This document shows, one piece after another, positions 12,619 to 25,290 of a stretch of DNA of 64,000 bases. The notes beneath the pieces were generated by a model. The model did not search any database. It saw only the letters and a list, made by a program, of their open reading frames with translations, and was not told the DNA's origin. The DNA is taken from positions 7,170,784 through 7,234,783 of the forward strand of contig CM121341.1 in NCBI GenBank assembly GCA_051530055.1, written 5' to 3'. The translations under genes and the position numbers were made by a program. Each line of letters opens with the position of its first letter. Within the stretch, counting starts at the first letter, position 1. The stretch comes from Neoechinorhynchus agilis. Lineage: Eukaryota > Animalia > Acanthocephala.

Positions 12619-13344
12619 CTAAAATTGACAAGAATTTCCATTGATAAATCTCTTACAAGCAACCGGTCCAACCAGCGATGGTTGACATGTGAACCAATAA
12701 TTTCGATTTAAATACAATGGCTGCTGATGATGATGATGTTGGTTGTGGTGAAAATGGACGAATTCGTTGGCTTGCATGACTTGTTGAAAATGCTGGAACG
12801 AATTAAAAAATGGCAGGTATCTATACTTTAACCTATTTACAGTTCCTTGCCGCCGTCTAAGCTTCCCACAACTATGACCAATAAAGATATCAGTAGCGGT
12901 CGGATCTACCATCCAATAGTTTCCTTTGCCTGGATCATCCACCATGCGTGGGACTTTAATAAAACACTTATTAAGGCTTAGATTGTGTCGAATCGAGTTC
13001 TGCCATCCTTGCCTATTTTGCTTGTAGTATGGAAAATTATTCATTATGTATTCGTATATCTGGTTAAGGGTCAATCTTTTATTTGGACTCTGTTTGATCG
13101 CCATCATGATTAGGGCATTGTAACTATAAGGTGGTTTGCAGTCGTCTTGGTCCAGCTTAGATCGTTTTGCAGTCTTCGGTTCGTCCTCGCAATCTGATTG
13201 GTCAGATTCAGACGTCGTATTGAGCATTCGGCGTATGGAGAAATTACCTTTGAATTTCGTCATGTTGGAAACGTTGTCGGATTGTATGTGTGTGTGTTGG
13301 TATTTATAATAATCCGGCAGATGGTGTCCCAAAAGAGTCTTCAT
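12619..13344 (-). CDS. FOXG1: Forkhead transcription factor FoxG, intronless
   Basis: [32 protein letters not shown]...[31 protein letters not shown]...DIFIG..GKLRRR is diagnostic of FoxG; eh1 motif FSIRRML. An alternative ATG lies at 13263. Confidence 0.93.
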   Translation of the reverse strand: MKTLLGHHLPDYYKYQHTHIQSDNVSNMTKFKGNFSIRRMLNTTSESDQSDCEDEPKTAKRSKLDQDDCKPPYSYNALIMMAIKQSPNKRLTLNQIYEYIMNNFPYYKQNRQGWQNSIRHNLSLNKCFIKVPRMVDDPGKGNYWMVDPTATDIFIGHSCGKLRRRQGTVNRLKYRYLPFFNSFQHFQQVMQANEFVHFHHNQHHHHQQPLYLNRNYWFTCQPSLVGPVACKRFINGNSCQF

Positions 13345-15556
13345 CCTGGAGAATGTTATAAAACAATCGCAAACAATAAGGTATCATCTTTAGCATCTGA
13401 TTGGCTGCATAAAACGTCGGAATTGATAGAGCTCGAGACAAAACATGATCCAGATTGCCGTACTGGTTTGTGAATGTACCAGAGTTTCTTCTCTTCATAA
13501 ACATCTCAGCGCTTCACAAATAATGCTTTGTAGGTGCCAGGAGCATATATTGGATTACAACATTTTGGAGTAATGATATGTGTTTGTGTATATGGGCGGG
13601 CAAACTTCTAAGACCTTCGAATAATGACACTTTAATGGGAACATTTGTAGAAGAAATTCATAAAATCGAGCAAATTATTCTACCAATCTGGTGTTTAGTT
13701 TTTTACGTAGCCAATCAGAATTCTTTAAATATTCGAACAATAAATGCGCATTAATCTGTGTAGAGAATATTTATTGCGACAGCAAAAAGTAAGTTTGAAA
13801 TTCAAAATCATTGCGGCGTATAAGAGATCCGTAGTTTTCGTTAAAATACAGTTGTTTTTCGGAAATTGATGTTTTTAAATCATGTTTCAATCAAAAGATG
13901 CTACAATTCGTGCTTTGGTTGAAAGAGGAATAGGATAGGGGTCGCGCGCGCGAACGTTTTTAAGGAAATTGCATTGTTTTTATTCTTGGAGGATGTTCGA
14001 TTTGGATAAATTCTACAAGATTTAATAAACTCTGGGTTAATTTTTCAAAATTTTGTAAAATAGGATGACCAAACCGAAATCAGTAAAACATGAGCCTCGC
14101 TGTGCAACGGTGAACGCTATTTTCGTCATTTCGACCGTTACACCAGGACGACAGTTGAGTGATCCAGAGCGGTGGCGTGGATATTTTTCGAACTCGGTTT
14201 TTTTTTGAGAAAAAGACCTTGAATAATTTCAATTTAGCTATTTGACCGTCAATTTTGTAAGGAGTTTTACTGTTTATTCGATAGGTCTTTTACGAAGATT
14301 TTCGATTTGTTTAATTGTTATTATTTTAGTCGCTTGTCGATCAGAAACTTTCCTCCTCGTCATGCTCATTTGAGTTTTTACATTTGGTTTTTATTCAAAA
14401 AAAGGTTTTTTCGTCGATTTACAGATTGAAGGTTCAGTGTTGAGTTTGAGGTTAACTGAGCATTGATTAGTCCATCATCGGCAGAGAAAATCCTTTGGGT
14501 GATAGAGTTGGAGTTATGACTATCATCGAAATGATTCGCCTTATCCCACGTGCCTAACCGACTAAAACCTTTTTAGATGACTGATGAAACAAGTCTCGAT
14601 AAATTACGTTTTATCCGGCTGATCATGATTACCAAATCTCCAATTAATTTGTTATCAGTTAATTTTAATGAATTAAGCAAATATCAAAAGAAATATTCTT
14701 ACTTAGCCTCAAAATTGTCTACCTTGGCACTAATGTTTAGAATTTTACTTCTAGATTCCTGTTCTTATGACCATTACGATGTGCAAATTCGGTGCTATGT
14801 TCGTAATCGTATTTTCTTCTACATCTACGGACAGCACTTTCTTGAACGCTTATTGGTTGCGATTTTACAATATAGCCGTCAATGCAGAAAACACGCAAAT
14901 AATAGAGAATTGTGTTTCGAAATGTTTACTGGTTTTTTTGTGTGTAAATTTAACCCATAAAATAATCGACGTACGTCTGAAAACACTGAAAAACCCGTGA
15001 TTGGAACTAAGAAAATACTTTGTAGAGCAGGTTTTTTTGTCTAAAAACCCTATTGGGTGTTTAGAACATCTCTTATTCGGATTTTTCCTTTAGGCACACA
15101 GTTAACCGATATCTGAGATCAGGGAAGTGATTGAATCACATCTAAACACCTAATTAATCTAACCGGCTTGCCAGAAGACATAAATAAATCCTATTATTGC
15201 ACTGTCATATTTGATAGTCAGATTTAAAAAGAATTTGTGAATTTTTGGTTATACATTTTAATATTTGCAAGACACTTGAATCGCTTTTTAGCTGGAAAAA
15301 GTTCGTTTTGGAAAAGAACTACGTTTTATGCCGATAAATAAAATTCATCATGCGAGGAGCATAAAGTGTAAAAAAATTTTTTGTTGAATATTCTGTGGTA
15401 TGCAAATTCATTAGAAAGGATCGCAAACACGTTTAATTTATAGAAACTCAAAAAGTGTGTTTTCATATGTCAAAATTTCATCATTTCTTTGATGAAATCG
15501 TGAGATTGACCGAAAATGCTTGGAGCTCAAATATAAACTGTTAATTTTTTACAATT

Positions 15557-16201
15557 TCATGGGCAGAACGGATTATTTACCCGGTCAATAATAAACTCAA
15601 TTATTTCTTTAATCACCATTTTGTCTGTTTGATTTTCTTCATATGCCAATATTGTGCTGGCCAATCTTTTGTCCTCATTTTCGATTGAATCCACGATTTC
15701 ATCTAACGTAAATGCAATCTTAAGCAACTCTATTTCTTCAGAATCTACACTTTTTCCATAGCACAGTGCGCTAAAAATATTAGATTGCTCATTTTTCGTA
15801 CAAACAATTCCGTTTATAATCTCTTTCATTTTTCCAAACGTACACAAAATGCTTTCATGCAATTTTATAGCAGTCCAATCAGCTCGCCGTAAAAGAGTAT
15901 TAAGTTCAGAAAATTTAACAACTTCTTTGTAATGCAAATTTACACTGTCAATAAGATCACAAACGAGCGATTGGCCGATCTGGAAATTACTATCGATTTG
16001 TTCTGTCGAATGTATTTTTATCACAATGTTTTGTCTTGATGATTTTTCGGAAACAAGTTCGAGTTTATAGTGGCCATTTAAAATTGCCAAGTATTTGAAA
16101 TCACACGGAATAATTTCGCTACTCTGAGGCATTGTATTTTTTGGACGCAATATTCGCGACTTCATGGGACATTTAAATTTTCGTCGACACTTTTCGGCCA
16201 T
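15557..16201 (-). CDS. Uncharacterised 214-aa protein
   Basis: Long stop-free ATG ORF in very AT-rich DNA with protein-like composition; no family recognised. Confidence 0.6.
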   Translation of the reverse strand: MAEKCRRKFKCPMKSRILRPKNTMPQSSEIIPCDFKYLAILNGHYKLELVSEKSSRQNIVIKIHSTEQIDSNFQIGQSLVCDLIDSVNLHYKEVVKFSELNTLLRRADWTAIKLHESILCTFGKMKEIINGIVCTKNEQSNIFSALCYGKSVDSEEIELLKIAFTLDEIVDSIENEDKRLASTILAYEENQTDKMVIKEIIEFIIDRVNNPFCP

Positions 16202-16532
16202 TTTAAACTGTGATTATGTAATTCGTGTCGAATTCTTTTGCCATAGAGATAACAGTACAAATTTCAATTGGATTTGCTACATTAAGTAGTTCTTTTTTTT
16301 GTTTCTCGAACAAAAACGAAACTATAATTTTTATAAATTGGAAGACACAAACATTTCAAGCAAATGTACGCACTTGAAACCTTTTTTCAGGATTTATCTG
16401 TATTTTAAGACAAAAAAGATCTTTAAATTTATTGTTCGCCTCGTAATTTGTGTGTTCAACTAATAAAATTTAGATTTTTTCGAGCAAAATTACTGTCTAT
16501 TGTTTTCATCTTTTCATACTACTCAAAAGTCT

Positions 16533-16820
16533 TTAAGCACTGTCAGATGAAAACGTTGACGCTTCTTCAGTTGATTGATTTGCTTTTGATAGTCTACGGA
16601 TTTCCTTCAACAAAACTGATATGCGAATTCTATATTTCTCTTTTTCTTTGTCGCTTCGTTCAAGTGTTCTGATCAGCACTTCTATTCGCTCTCGAGTCAA
16701 ATTAATGTTGGTTTGTATTGTCGAAAGTTTCGAAATTAATTCGTCCAGCGCCTTCGCATCCATTCCTTCTGGGCTTTTTTGTCGAACGTATTCCTTCAGA
16801 CGTTCAAGACGAAGTTTCAT
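16533..16820 (-). CDS. Coiled-coil protein (95-aa ORF, possibly the last exon of a longer gene)
   Basis: Heptad-like charged helix; the ATG is directly preceded by a TTTAG acceptor. Confidence 0.5.
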   Translation of the reverse strand: MKLRLERLKEYVRQKSPEGMDAKALDELISKLSTIQTNINLTRERIEVLIRTLERSDKEKEKYRIRISVLLKEIRRLSKANQSTEEASTFSSDSA

Positions 16821-17849
16821 CTAAAGATAGGAGACAAAATACTTTAAAACTATGTAGCCGTCTATTCAACGATTTTCTGCAATCCAAATATACTCAATAT
16901 TCGAAGCTCTTGTTAGAAAACGTTAGCGATTCTCTCAAAATGAGTCGAGAAATTATACAAACAAAAGATTCTTCATCAAAAAAAGCTTTGAAATGCACAT
17001 CGAACAACTGTCAGTCATGAGAAATGCTTTTTACGATTCCCCTTTATTATTGAATTAATTTCGTGGTTTCAATGTGCAGAAAAATTGATTTTTTATCTAA
17101 ATTAATTTTAAACTAACAAAGACCAAAAAGCGTTATTCTCTTAACAATTTTGATCAGTGTAGTGTTTTTCCCTTCAGCTCACCATTGTGGAATCAAAATA
17201 GCACCTTTTGTGAATCTTCACTGGCTGGAGTGTTCGGCACGAAAAAACCTATAGCCAATAAAAATCGAATGCAAAATTTTAGTTGATCCAGAAAATTTTA
17301 TCGGACAACCGCAGAATAATTAGCGAACGTGCGAATAATTTTATGAGCCTCGATCAAAAGTTGCTTGCATTTCACAATATGTATTTTATTTGTTAAAAAT
17401 AATGAGAAATTTATATAAGAAAGCATTGACAATGAACGGTGGATATCCAAACGAGTAACTTTGCAATTATCAACAACAAAATGAATCACAGGTTTAATTT
17501 GCTGCCGATGTTGACCAATTTATTATAATCAATATAAATTTTATGCTGCCGACATAAAAAACGATGAACGTCGAGATTTTTTTTCATGACCGTAAAAACA
17601 CATTAATTTCAAGCATCGAAGTTTCTAAACATAATTAAAAATCATACCGAGAAAATCCACAGGGATGGTAAATTTGGACTTGTGGTGAAACAATAAAATG
17701 ATTTTTCACCACAAGTCACAATTAAAAATGATGGTCGTCTTCACCAAAGATCTCCATCTCCGAATCCCTCCCTCTCCAGTCATCCGATGGTTCAGGAAGT
17801 CGCAGATCCTCCATTTCATACTGGAAAAAACCCAGTATTTTGTGCACCA

Positions 17850-19490
17850 AACGTTCAAAATTCGTACATTTAATGTTTTCGGCGCCGCTTTATGCGTTTC
17901 CGATTGATTTGAGTGTTCTTGGGCCACTGCTTACTTTTACAACCTTGATAAAGGCACGAGACTGTGCCGAAATAACGAATTTAATAAATTTCTTCTATTT
18001 TTTCGCCAATAACAAGCAATAAGTTTTTCAACATTTACAGCCTTGGATCGCTTTTTAAAATTGTGCTTTAAAATTTCATCTTCGGTTTTGATTTTTCAAC
18101 TCAGCAGGATATTTGCGGACGGAAATAACACGGTAAACAATTCTGCTGTTCTTATGCTGTAAAGTCTTAATGTAAAGATTAGCCGATAAATGGTAGTTTG
18201 CTTCTTAGAAATGATCGGAAATCTTGTCAATAAGTGGAAAAAACGTTCAGAATTCGTACATTTAATGTTTTCGGCGCCGCTTTATGCGTTTCCGATTCAT
18301 TTGAGTGTTCTTAGGCCTTTGCTTACTTTTACAACCTTGATAAAGGCACGAGACTGTGCCGAAATAACGAATTTAATAAATTTCTTCTATTTTTCGCCAA
18401 TAACAAGCAATAAGTTTTTCAACATTTACAGCCTTGGATCGCTTTTTAAAATTGTGCTTTAAAATTTCATCTTCGGTTTTGATTTTTCAGCTCAGCAGGA
18501 TATTTGCGGACGGAAATAACACGGTAAACAATTCTGCTGTTCTTATGCTGTAAAGTCTTAATGTAAAGATTAGCCGATAAATGGTAGTTTGCTTCTTAGA
18601 AATGATCGGAAATCTTGTCAATAAGTGGAAAAAACGTTCAGAATTCGTACATTTAATGTTTTCGGCGCCGCTTTATGCGTTTCCGATTCATTTGAGTGTT
18701 CTTAGGCCTTTGCTTACTTTTACAACCTTGATAAAGGCACGAGACTGTGCCGAAATAACGAATTTAATAAATTTCTTCTATTTTTCGCCAATAACAAGCA
18801 ATAAGTTTTTCAACATTTACAGCCTTGGATCGCTTTTTAAAATTGTGCTTTAAAATTTCATCTTCGGTTTTGATTTTTCAGCTCAGCAGGATATTTGCGG
18901 ACGGAAATAACACGGTAAACAATTCTGCTGTTCTTATGCTGTAAAGTCTTAATGTAAAGATTAGCCGATAAATGGTAGTTTGCTTCTTAGAAATGATCGG
19001 AAATCTTGTCAATAAGTGGAAAAAACGTTCAGAATTCGTACATTTAATGTTTTCGGCGCCGCTTTATGCGTTTCCGATTCATTTGAGTGTTCTTAGGCCT
19101 TTGCTTACTTTTACAACCTTGATAAAGGCACGAGACTGTGCCGAAATAACGAATTTAATAAATTTCTTCTATTTTTTCGCCAATAACAAGCAATAAGTTT
19201 TTCAACATTTACAGCCTTGGATCGCTTTTTAAAATTGTGCTTTAAAATTTCATCTTCTGTTTTGATTTTTCAGCTCAGCAGGATATTTGCCGACGGAAAT
19301 AACACGATAAACAATTCTGCTGTTCTTATGCTGTAAAGTCTTAATGTAAAGATTAGCCGATAAATGGTAGTTTGCTTCTTAGAAATGATCGGAAATCTTG
19401 TCAATAAGTGGAAAAAACGTTCAGAATTCGTACATTTAATGTTTTCGGCGCCGCTTTATGCGTTTCCGATTCATTTGAGTGTTCTTAGGC
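17850..19490. repeat. ~391-bp tandem array (~4.2 units) derived from the 3' end of the adjacent EBP2 gene
   Basis: Unit starts at 18190, 18581, 18972 and 19364 (ORF track). Each unit holds the EBP2 stop and 3' flank plus a diverged copy of its last ~45 codons with an ~81-nt insertion. Confidence 0.92.
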
Positions 19491-20252
19491 TTCTGTTTAC
19501 CAATAAGTTTTTCAACATTCGCACCTTTGGATCTCTTTTCAATTGCGCTTTTAAATTCCCTCTTTTGTTTCGATTTTTTCAGCTCAGCTTGAATTTGAAT
19601 CTTCTTTCCAAACTTTCTTTGATGTCTCAGACGCCTGGCGTGCTCTCTTCGTTCGATTTCCTCTTGTTTCCCAATAAGCTTGCTCTTTATTTTTTTCATA
19701 TGATCGTCGGACTTTAGCATTTCGGCGTAATAGTCCACGGGCCGCTTGTAGGGAATATGGAGCTTCTTGAATTTATCAATAGCAGCCATGGTTGCAACAG
19801 ATGCCAATTTTTGACTAATAAAAGAATTATAATCAAATTATACGAATAAAAACGAGCCTACATTTGGGCTTCTAACTTGAAATCGTCATTAAAAATCTCT
19901 GTGTGATTCGTTGAACTCTCCGGGTTTGCTTCTACGTCGTCGTCCACTTCGACAGTAACATCCACTCTTTCAATCCAAGGGAGATTCTCCGCTTGAAGTT
20001 GCTTCAATTTTGCTTTTAATCCAGCCTTTCAGAAAGACTATTCATCATTCAATCAAAGAATAAAAAACCTTATTATTGATCGATTTCCTTTGTGCTGCAA
20101 AGGGAACTTCAATATTGAGACCAGGTTTCAATCGACCAACCCTGAAAGCTTCTCTAACCTGTAAAAGAAATCAATAGTTTCATTATTGATTTTTTAAATC
20201 AAACCTCATTGTCCTCATCGTCACTAGTTCCGGACGTATCATCATTGAACAT
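19436..20252 (-). CDS. EBNA1BP2: rRNA-processing protein EBP2, 4 exons, ~226 aa
   Basis: Exons 20205-20252, 20069-20158, 19862-20025, 19436-19814; GT-AG introns of 46, 43 and 47 nt. Motifs LKPGLNI, LPWIERVDVT, IPYKRPVDYYAEMLKSDDHMKKIK, KFGKKIQ. Confidence 0.92.
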
Positions 20253-20619
20253 TTGATCTTCAAAAAGCGGAAATGCTCGGGACCAGTGTCGAAAATCTTG
20301 AAGAGAGACGAAAGAATGTGTTGATCGTAAAAAATGTGTTTTTTTTGCGTTTTGAACACTTTTATCAGTAAATATAACTTTCGTCACTTATGGCTATCGC
20401 GTCTTTTGAAACCTTTCCAAATCTCAAATCCGTCGTCTTGAAAAGTTTCACGGAGAAGACTCAATTCCGTCGCTTCGGCGTGGCTTTGTCATCCTTGCGA
20501 CATGCGAGCACTTCCATGGGAAACTGTCTCCCTTGAGACTTTGTGCCCGAATCCTTACAGTTTCAGAAGCCGATGAAACTTTTAACTGTGTACGCGGCAA
20601 CAATCTTCTTCTATAGAGG

Positions 20620-20700
20620 CAATGAAAAATTAAAGGAATTCTATTAAATCCGATTGTTTTCGGCAAAACGCAATCTTGTACGCCTTTATCACAATGTTGT
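20620..20700 (+). repeat. Solo copy of the ~72-bp mini-element
   Basis: AAAATTAAAGGAATTCTATTAAATCCGATTGTTTTCGGC..GCAATCTTGTACGCCTTTATCAC; its first ~40 nt are almost identical to 32125-32165. Confidence 0.55.
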
Positions 20701-21710
20701 AGACGTTCAAAAATCAGATTTAATAAAAATACTTTAACTTTTCATTGCGACAAACAAACAATTGGAAAATTGTTGATCGCAATAACAACAAAGGGTGCAG
20801 CCAACTGTTTTTTATCGGAGAATCAGCGATTCAGAAAGGCGAATGCTGCATTTTCGAAACCATGGACGATAAAGATGTTTCTCCGTTCTCATTTCGGGAC
20901 TTATGAGATTATTAAGAATAATGCCGGCTTGAAGTGTTTCCGAAAATACCCAGTTAATTCCTTTTTTGTAAAGATCGACTGATTTTTACATTTGAAACCA
21001 GCTTTAAACTAGTGAAAATTCATATCGTTTCCATTAGCGTAGAACTAATCTATAGAGTCTCATTTTCTTATATTTTCAACTTAAAGTACAACTGAAAAAT
21101 CGTGTGTCGTATTAAATTTAGACAAGCTTTCTACTTGGTGTTTGACGCTAATTACTAAAAGATTTTCTCTTTATAATTAAATGCGTTTGATTTCGTCAAA
21201 ATCAGCGCTTTAACTATGCGGGACAAAGTTTTCTGATTAAGACTTTATCGGTTGATCGATCGTCTTTAAAAATATATTCCTATAAAGAATTGCGATCTAT
21301 TTTTGATGTGATAATAATCACTTTGTTTCGGTGTTCGGTTCATCCCAGTTTTTCGCAATTTCACTCTGCTTAAATGCACGATTCAGTTGTGTTTCTGTAT
21401 TTTGTTTGGATTGCAACATTCGCAAGGAAATCAGTCAGGAATCCTAATCGCGCTGTCCTAATTTAGCCCGATATTTCAGCTAGCTCAAGCAGTTTTTATA
21501 CCGGACGCCGTTCATCGAATTCGGATTTAAGACATAATTCCGAATTTGGTGATTAGTGATCGTCGTGCACCATCTCAAACATAAGAGAAAATCGGTTATG
21601 TTTTATAATTCGCATCAGTGCTTAATTCTGATATTCTCAAAGGGTGTTTTGTACGTATTTCCATGGTAACAACTACTCTCGTCCATTCCAAATAAAAGAA
21701 TAATGTTAAA

Positions 21711-22734
21711 ATGGAATTCCCCGAAGAAAACGACGAGGCTCCCATAGTTCCGAAACGAGGTCAAATACTGTGCAGACTTGGCGCCGGTTCGTATGGAACG
21801 GTTTACAAGTTACTCAACACCGATACTGGAGAAATAAGAGCGCTGAAAACCGAATTTGTCCGAGATATAAAGCGAATCCAACTGAAAACTGAACACGAAG
21901 TCTACGAGGCAGTTGGGAATCGTTTTGGATTTGTTAAATGTTATAATGCAATTTTTGGCACAAAAGTAAGTTCAATTGAGCTGGACTACATGGGTCCAAG
22001 CGTGCATGACATTGCTGCTCTTCGTCGCACATTTGGATTCAACGAAAAGACCGTCTTGATGCTCGCATATCAGATGATCAATGCACTGGAATCCTTAAAG
22101 CACAGAGTTCAAATCTTTTAGTCTAGAATAAAGATTTGAGATCTCAATACACGAATGCCACTTTTTACACCGTGATGTAAAGCTAAGCAACTTCGTTCTT
22201 GGTCGTGGTGATCGTTCTCACATAGTTCATTTGATAGATTTCGGTCTGTCCAAACGATATAGAGATCGCGAAACTTTGAAACATATCGAGAATGGCACTT
22301 CATCGGGGCTTGTTGGGACTCTTCGTTATATGTCTTTGAATGTGCATCGAAACAAAGAAACTGCCAGAAGAGATGATCTTGAGTCACTCGGATATGCGCT
22401 GGTTCATATGAGCAGAGGAAATCTTCCTTGGATGGGCATACGAGCTATCGACCGGAAGGATAGATATGAACGAGTCTTTGGAATGAAAAGGCGAACGAGT
22501 ATAGAAACTCTTTGCTCGGGTAGCTGTTCCCCATTCTTATTACCATTTATGCGATACGTCCGAGAACTCGAGTTTGATGAACGTCCCGATTACCAGTACT
22601 TAAAGGACCTCGTTCTGTCGCGAATGATTGAGATGCGCTTTCGATTCGATTTTAACTATGATTGGCTAAGCGAGTATGCGAATTCTAAGAAATTTTGGAA
22701 GTTACAATTCTGGCAAAGACGAAAGTGTGGTTGA
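21711..22734 (+). CDS. Casein kinase 1 family Ser/Thr kinase, interrupted at ~22098-22152
   Basis: LGAGSYGTVY, ALKTE, LDYMGPS, KTVLMLAYQMI, then after a frame-changing interruption FLHRDVKLSNF, IDFGLSKRY, GTLRYMS, RRDDLESLGY, LPW.GI, L.FDERPDYQYL, FD.NYDW. May be spliced or a pseudogene. Confidence 0.85.
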
Positions 22735-23003
22735 TAAGTGGTTTGGTTTCACCTGCTTCAATAAGAGTTTCTTTTTTTGACAAAGCCCGTGACCGGACAA
22801 ACCAGCAAGCGAATAAAACTTTAATTTTAAACGACATTTCTATCTGTACCCCAACAATTGGAAGCTTTTGAACTTAAACGCGGCTTGTAATGTGTAAACC
22901 GCGTCAACTTTTAGGTTTTTAAACGTTTTTTTCAAAACAATCCATGCACACCCATAATATTCGGAAAAAAACATCGAGCTGGATTTTCAGATTTGTAACC
23001 AAA

Positions 23004-23366
23004 ATGGAAAGGCGTCGAAGTAATCAAATTAGAGTTAGTCACAAAAACTCGTTCTCAAAATATGTGCGAATTGCAGAAAGCATTCTAAAATCAGGACATG
23101 TACAAGTTGAACTTTTGGCTATGGGCGGACCATCGATTTGTAGATGCATCCAATGTGCTAATGCATTGGCTGAAAAATTTGCCCTTGTTATTGATGGTTC
23201 AATTCAAACCGATACCGTTGACCGCGAGGACAGTTCAAAAGGTTTAAGCAACCAATGTTGCAACGATTCGTCGGATGAAGAGGATATCAGCTTGACCGCT
23301 ACAAACAAGCGAGTATCAACAATTTTAGTCCGAATGAAGTTGAACGATCGGCTTATGAGTAAGTAA
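23004..23366 (+). CDS. POP7: RNase P/MRP subunit Rpp20 (Alba fold)
   Basis: RRSNQIRVSHKNSF...VELLAMGGPSICRCI..A...IQTDTV...RVSTILVRM matches the Rpp20 pattern; ATG 23004 follows a TTTTCAG. Confidence 0.7.
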   Translation: MERRRSNQIRVSHKNSFSKYVRIAESILKSGHVQVELLAMGGPSICRCIQCANALAEKFALVIDGSIQTDTVDREDSSKGLSNQCCNDSSDEEDISLTATNKRVSTILVRMKLNDRLMSK

Positions 23367-23493
23367 AACCTTTGAGAAATGAGTAATGCGTCTGAGATAT
23401 TTTGGGAACATTTTATTTGGCAGCTCTTTTTTGTGTAATTTATAAAATTTCAACGATCAATCAAAGCTTTTAATGATCCAAAAAAGTGAAAAA

Positions 23494-24474
23494 TCATCTT
23501 AGTTGCTTTCGCTCGTGTTTAAAGGGATCTAATTTGTGTCCGGCCATTTCATGTAGCCAATTAAATCTAACGGAAGCATCTAGAGCGTCCAGCTTTTTCA
23601 TATCGTCATCATCCAGTTCGATTGAATCTTTTGATCGAAGGTTTTCCTCTAATCGTTTCGGATTGGCTGATTTTGCGATGGTATTGTATCCTTTCTGGAG
23701 ACACCAACGAATTAGAACTTGAGCAGGAGTCTTTTGGTGTTTCTTAGCGATGTCCTTAACGACCTCGTGATCGAGCAGAATTATTTCACCAGGTTCCCGT
23801 GCGTATGGCGCTCCCAAAGGTGCGTATGCCTGAACCAGAATGCCTTTATGTTGGCAATATTGATTGAGTTCGGTTTGTGCAAGAAGAGGATGAGCTTCGA
23901 GTTGGTGTGCTTCGATGGCTACTTCTGGACACTCCCTTTCAAGACGTTTCAGCTGATCCAAAGTAAAATTACTAACACCCAAGTGTTTCACCTTTCCTTC
24001 CTTTTTCAGTTCACCCATCGCTTTGAAAGTTTCGACATAATCGACATCCGAAAAGGCTACTCGTCCCGTCTCTGGGTCCACGGGAGATTGATCGTCTGTT
24101 CCCTCCTTATATGCAGTTGGCCAATGAATCAAGTAAAGGTCAATATAGTCGAGATTAAGGGCATTAAAAGACTTCTCGAACCCAACTCGGACTTGTTCTT
24201 TTGATCTAAATGTATTCCACAGTTTCGTTGTGATAAATAGATCACTCCGCTTGACGGCTCCGTTTGAATTAGCAATGAACTCACGAACCGCTTCACCGAT
24301 TTCCTTCTCGTTTCCATAAAGCCAAGCTGTATCGATGTGTCGGTATCCAAGTGTCAAGGCGCATTTGACTGCATCGATGGCTGTGTTATCATTGGATAAC
24401 CACGTACCTAGTCCGAGTGATGGGATCTTGTCGCCATCCGAAAAGGTTTCGTAGTCAATTGCTTTAACTGGCAT
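23494..24474 (-). CDS. Aldo-keto reductase (AKR1-type), intronless
   Basis: IPSLGLGTW, GYRHIDTAWLYGNE, LFITTKLW, LDYIDLYLIHWP, LGVSNF, AQVLIRWCLQ, KS.NPKRL.EN. Confidence 0.95.
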   Translation of the reverse strand: MPVKAIDYETFSDGDKIPSLGLGTWLSNDNTAIDAVKCALTLGYRHIDTAWLYGNEKEIGEAVREFIANSNGAVKRSDLFITTKLWNTFRSKEQVRVGFEKSFNALNLDYIDLYLIHWPTAYKEGTDDQSPVDPETGRVAFSDVDYVETFKAMGELKKEGKVKHLGVSNFTLDQLKRLERECPEVAIEAHQLEAHPLLAQTELNQYCQHKGILVQAYAPLGAPYAREPGEIILLDHEVVKDIAKKHQKTPAQVLIRWCLQKGYNTIAKSANPKRLEENLRSKDSIELDDDDMKKLDALDASVRFNWLHEMAGHKLDPFKHERKQLR

Positions 24475-25029
24475 CACTTTTTGTAAAGTAAAACGCCGTC
24501 TTAAAAGGAGTAAAATGTGGATTAGTCAGAGGCTGTGAGTGTAAACATTTCCCCCCCCCAAGAAAAAAGATCAGAGCTTACAGTCTTTTGCTTGAGGAGA
24601 GTTAGAATTTTTTTCTAATGAAAGCTCCGATGCCTTAGTTGGAATAACGTAATGGAGTCGTTGCAAGATAACGATTGTCGTGGCAACGACGACAATTTTT
24701 AACCTTTCTTTAATTCAGTTCGCTTGTTTTTTGAGACGAGATCAAATAACTACCAATAAAGCAGTAATTTGGCTAATAAAATGTAAGAATTTGTTGCTTT
24801 CTCGGTTTACATGGTAGTTTTTTTGTTAAAAATCACGAATTTTCGCCTTATGCTTATTCAGTTTAACTTTAGAAACATTAGTTTTATTCTGCAGTTCAAT
24901 TTTATGCCTATTCAAATGTAATCTAATCGTTCTTATCTCCTCTATTTTTTTGTTTAGACTTAAAATCTTCTAAAACGAAAACGCTTCTAAACAAAAACAT
25001 TTGACATCTCTTTTTAAAGATTTATGAAC

Positions 25030-25290
25030 TGCTGTCCTGGTTTACTGATTGAAAGGACGGATGCAATCTCCCCCACCTCGTTGAATAGCCAGGCTTATGT
25101 TTTGCATAAGAAATTCTCATGTCCTCAGATCTTCAATGATTCGTCTCGGTCTCTTCGACTATTGATTGACCGGATCTTGCTCCGCGGTACCAAACGACCC
25201 GCTTGTGTGTCGACTTCAGCATCGGTTGCTGCTCTCCTGCTTTAACAGCGGCCAATTTTATGAATCGAGTTCGGTTCACCTGGTCACGAT
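25030..25290 (-). mobile_element. Highly degenerate 3' fragment of a CRE-like (RLE) non-LTR retrotransposon
   Basis: Frameshifted remnants resembling AAVKAG.AATDAE and FL.QNISLAIQRG, similar to the C-terminus seen at 37.9-38.2 kb. Confidence 0.4.

Noticed and set aside
18190-19717. Repeated plus-strand ORFs MVVCFLE...
   Set aside because: By-products of the 391-bp tandem array, antisense to the EBP2 tail; lengths vary with 1-nt indels.
22104-22152. Genome-wide non-canonical (AG-AC) splicing as in Fritillaria
   Set aside because: All other introns I could reconstruct in the window are canonical GT-AG; only this one site is ambiguous.
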